A stretch of DNA of 15,597 bases from the NCBI GenBank assembly GCA_003345545.1, contig PRDH01000023.1, positions 1-15,597 of the forward strand, written 5' to 3'. This DNA comes from Candidatus Thorarchaeota archaeon (GTDB taxonomy: Archaea > Asgardarchaeota > Thorarchaeia > Thorarchaeales > Thorarchaeaceae). Position 1 is the first letter of the stretch, and every line of letters starts with the position of its first letter. Positions 7,527 to 15,597 of the stretch are shown piece after piece. The position numbers and the translations under genes were made by a program. The notes beneath the pieces are model-generated. The model was given only the letters and a program-made list of their open reading frames with translations, was not told the DNA's origin and searched no databases.

Positions 7527-8582
7527 GTGAGTCACTTGAATCCCTTTGCAGATGTCCCCACCATCCTCACTGCAGAGGAGATTATCGAGGTTGCACATAA
7601 TAGGTCCATGCGACTCAGTATGAAGAGCTCACTTCAAATGAGTCGAGAGGCCCGTTCCAAGATACGTGAGATCACGAGGCTCCAAGAGTTCACAAAACAA
7701 GTGAAGGCAAAGATCACCGAGGTCGTCGAGGAGTTTCCCTCTATTGATAGACTCAGTCCATTCTATCTAGAGCTCACAGAGATTCTCATTGGAACAGACA
7801 GACTCAAGCAAGCTCTTGGCGCTGTCTATAATTGCCTTCCTGCAATCGATGAGATCACCTTCAAGCACACTGAGGCACTGAAGCTGACCACTGACTTTCG
7901 TCAGATGAAGAAGACCCGTAGTGCTGCGAAGGGTAGGATCTCATCGATTCTGCGGGCAACAGCACCAAATCTTGATTTTATCATAGAGGCCAAGAAGGTG
8001 CTCTCAGAGCTTCCTGGAGTCGCTCCCAATATCCCCTCCATTGTATGCGCTGGGTTTCCAAATGTCGGCAAATCGACACTTGTGAAGATGGTTTCCACAG
8101 CTGAGCCTGAGATTGCATACTACCCATTCACTACGCGAAAGCTGATCATGGGCCATCTCAAGGTTGGTAATCAGACTGTCCAGATTGTGGACACACCTGG
8201 CATTCTGGATAGACCTATGAGTGAACGGAATGATATCGAGCGTCAAGCTATTGCTGCCCTGAAGTATCTCGCAAATGTGATTATCTTCATGATAGACCCA
8301 TCTGAGGCATGCGGTTGGTCATTTGAGCAGCAACTGAATCTACTCGATGAGGTTCAACGTATGTTTCCACTGAATCCTCTCCTCATAGCTCTCAACAAGA
8401 TTGACATCACCCCTGAGCCCCAACTTGAGGCAGCGAGAGCGCGGCTTCCAAATGCCTACGAGATTGTAGCTGTCAATCGGATTGGCGTGGACCAGCTTCT
8501 CCAAGATGCCCTTGAAGAGGTTGACCTGAAACCAATGCAAGAGTCGATTGACGAGTATGTGAAGTCTCTCTCACGAAAGTAG
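7527..8582 (+). CDS. nog1: NOG1 family GTP-binding protein (ribosome biogenesis GTPase)
   Basis: Helical N-terminus with FPSIDRLSPFY and GRISS; G1 GFPNVGKS, G2 YPFTT, G3 DTPGILDRP-x2-ERN-x-IE, G4 NKID. Confidence 0.92.
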   Translation: MSHLNPFADVPTILTAEEIIEVAHNRSMRLSMKSSLQMSREARSKIREITRLQEFTKQVKAKITEVVEEFPSIDRLSPFYLELTEILIGTDRLKQALGAVYNCLPAIDEITFKHTEALKLTTDFRQMKKTRSAAKGRISSILRATAPNLDFIIEAKKVLSELPGVAPNIPSIVCAGFPNVGKSTLVKMVSTAEPEIAYYPFTTRKLIMGHLKVGNQTVQIVDTPGILDRPMSERNDIERQAIAALKYLANVIIFMIDPSEACGWSFEQQLNLLDEVQRMFPLNPLLIALNKIDITPEPQLEAARARLPNAYEIVAVNRIGVDQLLQDALEEVDLKPMQESIDEYVKSLSRK

Positions 8583-9632
8583 TTCATGTCCATGGACTCC
8601 CAAGACTCCGGGCTCTCCAATAGTCCCTTCAAGCTCTATTCTCGTTCCAAGGATTCTCTCAAGAACCCAAATATTAGTGACCAGATGCGAGGTGATCTCC
8701 GTCACACCGACCTTGCTCATTCCACTAGCAATCGCAAGATACGGCACCAGCATGTCGCAGAGATGGGAGTCTATTGCTTTTCCTGTTGAAATCTCCTTGA
8801 CAAGACTCCGTGCCGCTTCGCTTCCCACTTCTTCCGCGCTCTTTCCTTTCTCACCAAGGCTATCGGCTCCCAAGACAGCTCCGCATTCTGATGTGGCCCA
8901 TATGACGATGCCGCTCCCAGGGCCGTGATGAGGGTCATTGTCTTTAGCATACGACTCGATCTGAATGGCTGCTTCAATACCAAGTTCCTCACGAATCACA
9001 TTCCCTGCCGATACTGCTTGTCGTTGTGCTATATGTGCTGGCAGACGCACGCAATGTGAAACTCCTGAGATTTCTTTCAATTCTCCGAACTCAACCAATT
9101 CGACGTTGTCCAGACTCCGAACAGGCGAAACTTGGCATAACACTTCGCCCCCGCCTCGTGGATAGTGACCGCGCCGTATCTGCCTGATCTCAATAGATGG
9201 ACCCAGTCTGGTCATCATCTTTGCGAACACATCACGGAGGTAGTCTATAGGGGGGCTCCACTTGACATCAGTTCCTCCACGTAGCCTGAAGACAACTCGT
9301 TCGGGGGCGAGTACTGCAGGGAGCAGTGCTGCCTGAAGAAGAAGAGAGATTGAACCAGCTGTACCCACATCTAGACTGAAATCGCCTCCGCGTCTCTCCT
9401 TAGGCTGGAATACAACTTCAGTACTGCCCACCTCAAGGCCTTGGACATTTGCATCCACCAACATCGCTGTCAGCTCGATTCCTCCAAGATGTTGTTTCTT
9501 GAGCCCCGGCTGAGGTCTATTCGCACGGACATTCGTTATTCGGATAGGTTTCAGTGTAAGGGCGGACAGTGAGATGGCTGTACGAAGAATCTGTCCTCCA
9601 CCTTCTCCATAAGACCCATCAATCTCTATCAT
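8571..9632 (-). CDS. rtcA: RNA 3'-terminal phosphate cyclase
   Basis: IDGSYGEGGGQILRT, RANRPQPGL-x2-QH, TAGSISL, GGTDV-x-WSP, RRGHYPRGGG, catalytic-His motif TSHLVTN. Confidence 0.95.
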   Translation of the reverse strand: MIEIDGSYGEGGGQILRTAISLSALTLKPIRITNVRANRPQPGLKKQHLGGIELTAMLVDANVQGLEVGSTEVVFQPKERRGGDFSLDVGTAGSISLLLQAALLPAVLAPERVVFRLRGGTDVKWSPPIDYLRDVFAKMMTRLGPSIEIRQIRRGHYPRGGGEVLCQVSPVRSLDNVELVEFGELKEISGVSHCVRLPAHIAQRQAVSAGNVIREELGIEAAIQIESYAKDNDPHHGPGSGIVIWATSECGAVLGADSLGEKGKSAEEVGSEAARSLVKEISTGKAIDSHLCDMLVPYLAIASGMSKVGVTEITSHLVTNIWVLERILGTRIELEGTIGEPGVLGVHGHELLS

Positions 9633-9732
9633 GCGTACTACCTGCTAGTCACACACGTCAATCTTGTTAAGAACTTGGCCGTTCCTCAATATCCTTATCT
9701 GACGAACAGAGCAACAAAAGAGACTGGTCAAA

Positions 9733-10257
9733 ATGAAGTCGTTGTTCATAGGGCGCTTTCAACCAATACACAAGGGTCACATTCATACAATCAAGCAGAT
9801 TCTTGGAAAAGATGAGGACATCATCATTGTTGTTGGAAGCGCGCAGTACTCCCACACCCCAGATAACCCATTCTCAGGCGGCGAGAGAGTCATGTTCATC
9901 AAGCGCGCCTTAATCGATGAGGATCTTCCTCTCGAACGAATTGATATTGTCCCAGTCACTGACATCAACATACATCCCCTTTGGGTGAGTCACATCAGGT
10001 CCTATGTTCCTTATTTTGACAAGGCATACAGCCACAATCCCCTTGTCAAGAGACTTCTTGAGGACGGAGGTGTTCTGACCGACTCTACCAAGCTGTTGGA
10101 GAGATCGACCTATACTGGAAAGCATGTCCGCGACCTGATCCGTTGGAAGAACAGCGAGTGGGAGAAGCTCGTACCACCGGGTGTAGTAGAACTGATCAAG
10201 AAATACAGGCTTGACATACGAGTCCAAGAGATTGGCGATGTAACGACGAAGCAATAG
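9733..10257 (+). CDS. nadM: Nicotinamide-nucleotide (NMN) adenylyltransferase, archaeal type
   Basis: FIGRFQPIHKGH (HxGH), VGSAQYSHT-x2-NPFSGGER, WVSH, NPLV-x2-L, WEKLVP. Confidence 0.93.
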   Translation: MKSLFIGRFQPIHKGHIHTIKQILGKDEDIIIVVGSAQYSHTPDNPFSGGERVMFIKRALIDEDLPLERIDIVPVTDINIHPLWVSHIRSYVPYFDKAYSHNPLVKRLLEDGGVLTDSTKLLERSTYTGKHVRDLIRWKNSEWEKLVPPGVVELIKKYRLDIRVQEIGDVTTKQ

Positions 10258-10278
10258 CGACGGAGTCCAACGGTAGTC

Positions 10279-10286
10279 TTTAAATA
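10279..10286 (+). promoter_or_regulatory. Candidate TATA box of proS
   Basis: TTTAAATA fits the archaeal TATA consensus. It lies 22 nt after the nadM stop and about 125 nt upstream of the proS ATG at 10410. Confidence 0.55.
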
Positions 10287-10409
10287 AGAACATCACAGAC
10301 AGAGTCTTGGTGAACGTAAAACGCTAGGTGAACGCGTTCCATATCATCAATAGACAGCTAATTCTATATCCTAGCCAATACCATGCACTTCAGAACAGAG
10401 GAGAACATC

Positions 10410-11888
10410 ATGAGCGGAAGAAACGAACAATCAAAGAGTGCCATCTTTGACATTGACAAGGAGAAGAACTTCCCTGATTGGTATGGCGAGATATGCAGGG
10501 TTGCAGAGCTTGCAGACATCAGGTATGGCGTGAAGGGGTTCACACCATTTCTTCCATGGAGCCTGATGACTATGAACAACATGTTCGACATCCTGGAGGA
10601 AGTCCTCCAACGCAAGGATCACTTGCCCATGCTATTTCCTACTGTCATTCCTGAGAGCAACCTGACAAAGGAGGCTCACCATGTGGCGGGATTTGTTCCC
10701 CAGGTCTTCTGGATTCAGGATACTGGTGAGGATGGAAAACTCGAAGAGAGGCTAGCTCTCCGGCCCACCAGTGAGACCGCGATCTATCCAATGTATGCAC
10801 TCTGGGTCAGGAGCTGGCGTGATTTGCCACTGAAGCGATATCAACGATGTTCCGTCTTCAGGTCGGAGGTCAAGAGCACGAGACCCTTCCTAAGAGGAAG
10901 AGAGTTCCTGTGGATAGAGAGCCACAATGTCTTCACCACTCATGATGAGGTAATGGCTCAGGTACAGGAGGACCTTGAAACCACAAAGGAAGTCGTGACC
11001 GACAACTTTGGAATCCCTGCGATGGTCTTTCGTAGAACGCAGTGGGATAAGTTCCCGGGAGGTCTGAACACATACGCTGCGGATACCCGCATGCCCGATG
11101 GCAAGGTCATCCAGCTTCCCTCAACTCACGACCTTGGTGACAACTTTGCCAGAGCATTTGATATAAAGTTCCTGAATGAGAACAATGAGGTCATGTACGC
11201 ATGGCAGACATGTTACGGGCCAGCAATCTCCAGGATCTTCGGCGCTCTGATATCAGTCCACGGCGACAACAAGGGTCTTCGCCTCCCATTCAAGATTGCA
11301 CCCTACCAGATTGTGGTGATTCCTATCTACAAGGGCAAGGATGCTGAGATGGTAAAGGAATACAGCAGAAAGATCCAGAAGGATCTTCGGAAGGCTGGTT
11401 TCCGAGTGTACCTAGATGATACTGACAATACACCCGGCTGGAAGTACAATTTCTGGGAGATGAAGGGAGTCCCAATCAGGGTCGAGATAGGTCCCCGTGA
11501 TATCAAGGAGAACAAGGCAGTCCTGTTCCGCCGGGATTCGATGAAGCGTGAAACCATAGGAATCAAGGACCTGAAGAAGAGAGTGTCTGCTCTGGGCAAA
11601 GAGATTGATACCAATCTCCGAGCAGAGGCAGAATCAAAACTTGTGGGTTTTGTAGTTGATGCGGACGCCATCGGTGCCATTGAAGATGCATTAGACAAGG
11701 GTAAGATCGCTCGTACTTCCTTCTGTACGACTGAGATGGAAGGTCAGCCATGTGCTGACGAGATTAAGGAGCGGACGGGCGGTGAGGTCCGTGGCACCCG
11801 GATTGATGCTGATGAACAGCCTGCAGGAGTATGTCCAGTCTGTGGCAAGATTGCGACAGCGGTTGTCTACATAGCACGGTCCTACTGA
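10410..11888 (+). CDS. proS: Proline--tRNA ligase (archaeal/eukaryotic type)
   Basis: LRPTSET-x-IYP, FR-x-E-x-K-x-TRPFLR-x-REF-x-W-x-E, QTCYG, TPGWKYNFWEMKGVPIR-x-EIGPRD, C-terminal Zn-binding Cys and ARSY end. GAGGAG SD sits before ATG 10410; ATG 10383 is an alternative. Confidence 0.97.
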   Translation: MSGRNEQSKSAIFDIDKEKNFPDWYGEICRVAELADIRYGVKGFTPFLPWSLMTMNNMFDILEEVLQRKDHLPMLFPTVIPESNLTKEAHHVAGFVPQVFWIQDTGEDGKLEERLALRPTSETAIYPMYALWVRSWRDLPLKRYQRCSVFRSEVKSTRPFLRGREFLWIESHNVFTTHDEVMAQVQEDLETTKEVVTDNFGIPAMVFRRTQWDKFPGGLNTYAADTRMPDGKVIQLPSTHDLGDNFARAFDIKFLNENNEVMYAWQTCYGPAISRIFGALISVHGDNKGLRLPFKIAPYQIVVIPIYKGKDAEMVKEYSRKIQKDLRKAGFRVYLDDTDNTPGWKYNFWEMKGVPIRVEIGPRDIKENKAVLFRRDSMKRETIGIKDLKKRVSALGKEIDTNLRAEAESKLVGFVVDADAIGAIEDALDKGKIARTSFCTTEMEGQPCADEIKERTGGEVRGTRIDADEQPAGVCPVCGKIATAVVYIARSY

Positions 11889-11907
11889 GGGACGTGACCG
11901 CTATAGA

Positions 11908-11933
11908 CCCAAGAGCTCAAGAGAGCTCTTGGG
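11908..11933. terminator. Perfect 11-bp inverted repeat (hairpin) after proS; terminator-like element or operator
   Basis: CCCAAGAGCTC-AAGA-GAGCTCTTGGG, 19 nt after the proS stop and followed by T-rich AATCATTTCTTT. Confidence 0.5.
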
Positions 11934-11955
11934 AATCATTTCTTTGGATGTGTAT

Positions 11956-12942
11956 ATGTTGAAAGTTCTAGCTTCTTCGAGCCATGAAAACGTCCAGATA
12001 CTCCGCAGTCTCCTACGCGGTGTTGCAGAAGTTGTTCCGACTGATGGGACACTAGAGTCTATGTTAAAGCTGGGGAGAGATGCAGACATCCTCGCATCAA
12101 ATCGTGTCTCTCGTGAATACATAGAGGCAGCCTCCAGGCTCAGAATGATACAGACATTTTCCACGGGCATCGAGAAAATCGACCTTGAGGCAGTCAAGTC
12201 GCATGGAGGTATTATTCTCTGCAACTCACACATCAATGCGGCAGAGGTGGCCGAGTATGCCATCACACTGCTGCTTGCAGTCGCCAAGAACATCATTCCA
12301 AATGATAGAGAGCTTCGAAAGGGCGACTGGGTCTATGCCTTTGGCGGTCCTAATCCAAATATCGAAATTCGCCGCAAGACCTGTCTCATAATTGGTCTTG
12401 GTAATATCGGTGCCGAAATCGCAAGACGACTGAGAGCATTCGATGTGAAGATCTATGCGGCGACAAGAAGCGGTGACTCCCAGCACGCTGCACTAGTTGA
12501 TAGGCTGGTCAGGATTGACAAGGTGCGTCCTCTTGTAGAGTCCTCAGATTTTGTTATCCTCTCCTTGCCTCTCACTCCTGAATCAGAGGGGCTTGTTGAC
12601 AGCACTTTCATCTCTTGGATGAAACCGACTTCAATCATTGTGAACATCTCACGAGGCCCTATCATCAACGAAAGGGCCCTGTTTGATGCTCTGAAGCAGA
12701 ATCGAATTCGTGGAGCTGGGCTCGATGTCTGGTGGAGGTACCCCCCAAAATGGCGCGGAAAGGCGACTCCTCCATCAGATATTCCCTTTCAGGACCTTGA
12801 TAACGTGGTTGTTTCTCCCCATCGAGCGGGCTATTCTGAAAACACAGAGCGTGAGTATTTCCAGTTTGCAGGCGAGAACATACTCCGTTTCATCCGTGGT
12901 GAATCTCCTCTCAATATTGTGGATCTCACTCGTGGTTATTGA
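11956..12942 (+). CDS. D-isomer-specific 2-hydroxyacid dehydrogenase family protein
   Basis: NAAEVAEYA, Rossmann IIGLGNIG, LPLTPESEGLV, VNISRGPII, GLDVWW, SPHRAG. ATG 11956 is preferred because the track's TTG 11929 lies inside the hairpin. Confidence 0.92.
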   Translation: MLKVLASSSHENVQILRSLLRGVAEVVPTDGTLESMLKLGRDADILASNRVSREYIEAASRLRMIQTFSTGIEKIDLEAVKSHGGIILCNSHINAAEVAEYAITLLLAVAKNIIPNDRELRKGDWVYAFGGPNPNIEIRRKTCLIIGLGNIGAEIARRLRAFDVKIYAATRSGDSQHAALVDRLVRIDKVRPLVESSDFVILSLPLTPESEGLVDSTFISWMKPTSIIVNISRGPIINERALFDALKQNRIRGAGLDVWWRYPPKWRGKATPPSDIPFQDLDNVVVSPHRAGYSENTEREYFQFAGENILRFIRGESPLNIVDLTRGY

Positions 12943-13054
12943 GAACCCTCAATGACAATCATATTCTGGGTGGTTCTTATCTGGACCTGAGGAGCAAAAA
13001 TAGGAGTACTTCAATGCTTTTGCCTACTCAGATTGTATAAAGGAGCAATGTCTC

Positions 13055-15343
13055 ATGGCACGTTCAGTAAGTTTCATTCAGCCGGAGAGTCAAGACTTTA
13101 AAGAGAGTTGCAATCATCGCAAATCAGATAGTCCTGATTCGGGGGCTGACGAATTGACGAAAGAGAGCCTTTCACAGATACCCGGTGTTGGTGACAAAGT
13201 CCAGAAGGCACTGATTGAACACTTCGGAAGCGAGGCAGTCGCCCTCAAAGTGATACGTGACTCCCGTGTCGACTTGGTGGCTGCAGTGCCTGGCATTGGG
13301 TCTAAGCAGGCTGTCAACATCGTAAAGGGCGCCTTTGAGCAGCAGTTTGGCGTCAACTCCAATATGCTGCTGCGAAGTGCAGACATCCGTAAGATCTTCG
13401 AGAGCATACTTGAGATTATGCAGGGTTACGCCAACACAACCTATGGAAAGGACAAGTTGTTCCTCTATTTTCCATTGCCTCCCGAGAAACTGGACGCAAT
13501 CCTCGAACGCCAGAAGTACTTTTCTGATGCCTCAGCCACAGCACGTGGTCTGACCCCTGAGCAACGTGCAACGCTGAAGGAACTCCTCTCTCAAGTTAGG
13601 GGTCTCTATAGACGGGCAAAGTCTCGCCGCATTGAAGGTCGCGTCATAATCACAAATGATGCCAAGGCCTTTGACAGACTGGTGAATGAGGGCGTCGACA
13701 AATGGTGCCCCGTCTATGTTCTATCAGAGGGTGAAGGTGGGGGAGACTATGCGCAGGGGTACGACCTTGTCCTCTTCATCTCACCACTTGGTGCATATGA
13801 CGAGTCCCTGGATATGCTCGACAACGTTGAGATTCTTGGCAAGGACTGGTCCATAGAGGATGTATTACCCGAGCTGACCATAAGCTTCTATGCTCGCAAC
13901 TATCGTGTCATCGATGCATCATGCAAGTTGGCTGGGTTATTTGGCAGTCTTCCTACGAACATCTCGATGGAGAGCTTCTCATCGGGGCTCGACTTCGAGA
14001 GCCTCAGCAAGGTTGGTGAGCTTCTCAAGAACTTGGATGAGAATGGTGATCTGGCAGAGGGGATGGACCCTGAGATAGATAGGTATCGCAAGGCAGTGAA
14101 GGCATTTCCCACTGCAACCGCGGAAACAGAGGCCTGGTTGAATGAAGAGATCACCGCACGAATCTCCAAGAGCCATGTGACTCTCGGCGGTCAACAGATA
14201 ATCAGTATTCTTCAGTCAGCAGACATGGAAGGTGCCGAGGGGAGTTCACTCAGAAACATGCTGCCTGCTGAGGTTGTCGAAACCTTCACGACCACCACTC
14301 AGGAAGCAGAGGACAAACTTGCGCAGATGCTTGGCCTCACAGCCCGTGAGGCTGATTGGGTGGCGGGAATAGTAAGTGAAGAAATCTCTCTCCCAGTCAA
14401 GATGGTCACGACGCAGATTAACGACCTCGAAGACAAGTTGAGGCGCGTCTTTGCAGAAAAGCAGTTCAGTCTTATCAAGAAGATGGCAAACGACCTTGAT
14501 AAGATGCGAGATGCGGTCACCAATGCTGTTCAGACCCTTCTTGAGTTTGACCTGTTCCTTGCCGTGGGTCTGTTCGCTCATGATTATGAACTGAATATTC
14601 CAAAGATATCTCTGGAATACACTGGAGTCGGAGTTCAGGGAGCAACTAACCTCTTTCTTACCGAGGCCTACCTGAAGGGCAAGCACGGAAAGGTGCAGCC
14701 AATCGACTACAGTATTGGTAAGACACCCTTCCAACCAGCTGGGACAAAGGGTGAGAACTGCGCACTTCTCTCAGGAGCAAACAGCGGTGGGAAGACCACG
14801 ACAATTCAGACGCTGGCTCAGATAGTCACGATGGGGCAGTCCGGGTTCCCTGTACCTGCAAGACAAGCATACATTCCAGTCTTTGAGGAGCTCTATTTCT
14901 TCTACAAGAGTCGCGGGATGATAAACGCTGGGGCATTCGAAACAACGCTCAAGCAGTTTGCAGAGATCGTTGTGTCAGACAAGTCAAAACTGGCTCTCTT
15001 TGATGAAATAGAAGCGATAACAGAGCCTGGTAGTGCAGCGAATGTCATAGCCGGTCTGATTGAGATTCTTCAGAGTGACCCCAAGACTTCAACGGTGATA
15101 TGCACTCACTTGGCAAGGGAGATTCAAGAGGTGACTTCAGTCCCCATCAGGATAGATGGGATTGAGGCACGTGGACTTGACGAGAATCTGGATCTGATTG
15201 TGGATAGAACACCGCGATTTGGCAAAGTAGCTCGAAGCACTCCAGAACTCATAGTGGAGCGACTCTCGAAACTGACCAAAGGCCCCAAGAAGGCAATCTA
15301 CGAAAAGATCTTGGAGAACCTCAACAGAGCACGAGGCCGATGA
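13055..15343 (+). CDS. MutS-related ATPase with N-terminal tandem helix-hairpin-helix motifs (archaeal MutS2/MutS5-like, no Smr domain)
   Basis: HhH motifs IPGVG and VPGIG; Walker A LSGANSGGKTT; GFPVPA; NAGAFE; Walker B LFDEIEAITEPG; CTHL; RIDGIEARGLD; STPELI. Start is uncertain (ATG 13055 or TTG 13154). Confidence 0.88.
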   Translation: MARSVSFIQPESQDFKESCNHRKSDSPDSGADELTKESLSQIPGVGDKVQKALIEHFGSEAVALKVIRDSRVDLVAAVPGIGSKQAVNIVKGAFEQQFGVNSNMLLRSADIRKIFESILEIMQGYANTTYGKDKLFLYFPLPPEKLDAILERQKYFSDASATARGLTPEQRATLKELLSQVRGLYRRAKSRRIEGRVIITNDAKAFDRLVNEGVDKWCPVYVLSEGEGGGDYAQGYDLVLFISPLGAYDESLDMLDNVEILGKDWSIEDVLPELTISFYARNYRVIDASCKLAGLFGSLPTNISMESFSSGLDFESLSKVGELLKNLDENGDLAEGMDPEIDRYRKAVKAFPTATAETEAWLNEEITARISKSHVTLGGQQIISILQSADMEGAEGSSLRNMLPAEVVETFTTTTQEAEDKLAQMLGLTAREADWVAGIVSEEISLPVKMVTTQINDLEDKLRRVFAEKQFSLIKKMANDLDKMRDAVTNAVQTLLEFDLFLAVGLFAHDYELNIPKISLEYTGVGVQGATNLFLTEAYLKGKHGKVQPIDYSIGKTPFQPAGTKGENCALLSGANSGGKTTTIQTLAQIVTMGQSGFPVPARQAYIPVFEELYFFYKSRGMINAGAFETTLKQFAEIVVSDKSKLALFDEIEAITEPGSAANVIAGLIEILQSDPKTSTVICTHLAREIQEVTSVPIRIDGIEARGLDENLDLIVDRTPRFGKVARSTPELIVERLSKLTKGPKKAIYEKILENLNRARGR

Positions 15344-15597
15344 CCTACAGAGTGTTAGTGTTCGGAGATGCACATATTCCTTCGCGAAGAGACGTAGTTC
15401 CCGATGAGTTCTACGAGCACATCAAGAACACGGACTACGACATGGCACTAATCACAGGAGACCTAGTGAAGGAGTCTGATATGAGGGCTGCTCTACCACC
15501 CCTTCCCAGAAGTTTCATCGTCACAGGGAATATGGACTACAATAGCGCATACAACTTCCACGAGAAGATACAACTAGACGACTTCAATGTCCTTCTC
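15340..15597 (+). CDS. YfcE/MJ0936/Vps29-like calcineurin-fold metallophosphoesterase, 3' truncated by the window edge
   Basis: Manual translation: MTYRVLVFGDAHIPSRRDVVPDEFYEHIKNTDYDMALITGDLVKESDMRAALPPLPRSFIVTGNMDYNSAYNFHEKIQLDDFNVLL. Motifs GDxH, TGD and GNMD are present. The ATG overlaps the upstream stop (ATGA). Confidence 0.88.
   Translation, partial: MTYRVLVFGDAHIPSRRDVVPDEFYEHIKNTDYDMALITGDLVKESDMRAALPPLPRSFIVTGNMDYNSAYNFHEKIQLDDFNVLL

Noticed and set aside
8571-9632. Possibility that the cyclase is an Rcl1-like non-cyclase because it sits beside nog1
   Set aside because: The catalytic His motif (TSHLVTN) and the RGHYPRGGG signature of true RtcA are intact.
9662-9672. TCTT-GTT-AAGA inverted repeat in the rtcA/nadM divergent gap
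   Set aside because: Arms of 4 bp are too short to call an operator; it may just be part of the rtcA core promoter.
12948-12994. Possible box C/D sRNA (ATGACAA ... CTGA)
   Set aside because: The C box is degenerate, the C-to-D span is only about 39 nt, and there is no convincing internal D'/C' pair.
13048-13101. 17-codon mini-ORF MSHGTFSKFHSAGESRL
   Set aside because: The SD-like AGGAG is only 2 nt from its ATG and there is no other support.
193-15373. Many 60-162 aa alternative-frame or antisense ORFs (e.g. 9910-10296, 11327-11698, 11901-12296, 14246-14734)
   Set aside because: All lie largely within confidently identified genes and show no motifs, as expected for shadow ORFs.
1-15597. 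CRISPR arrays, tRNA/rRNA genes, IS elements, inteins and frameshifted pseudogenes
   Set aside because: No repeat-spacer arrays, cloverleaf sequences or transposase motifs were seen. Complete CDSs have family-typical lengths and intergenic gaps are at most about 210 nt.

Overview
Gene-dense archaeal housekeeping region with 14 complete CDSs and 2 CDSs cut off by the window edges. An Asgard/Thorarchaeota-like or other TACK-related origin is my impression from the protein sequences and is not proven. Gene order: COG1665-like nucleotidyltransferase-fold protein (5' truncated) > trm5 >< DUF371 <> pcm >< [ribK/rbkR < translin < taw1 < TIGR04013-like B12-binding radical SAM < psmB] <> nog1 >< rtcA <> nadM > proS > 2-hydroxyacid dehydrogenase > HhH-MutS-like ATPase > Vps29/YfcE-like metallophosphoesterase (3' truncated, missing from the ORF track). 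I found no mobile element, CRISPR array, tRNA or rRNA, and I cannot demonstrate a wholly new system. The best leads are: a proteasome beta subunit lacking catalytic Thr1 that heads an operon with an orphan radical SAM enzyme, Taw1 and translin; a MutS-like ATPase translationally coupled to a Vps29-like protein; a DxN-variant nucleotidyltransferase; and several intergenic signals (palindromic bidirectional TATA, perfect 11-bp hairpin, long proS leader with a direct repeat).
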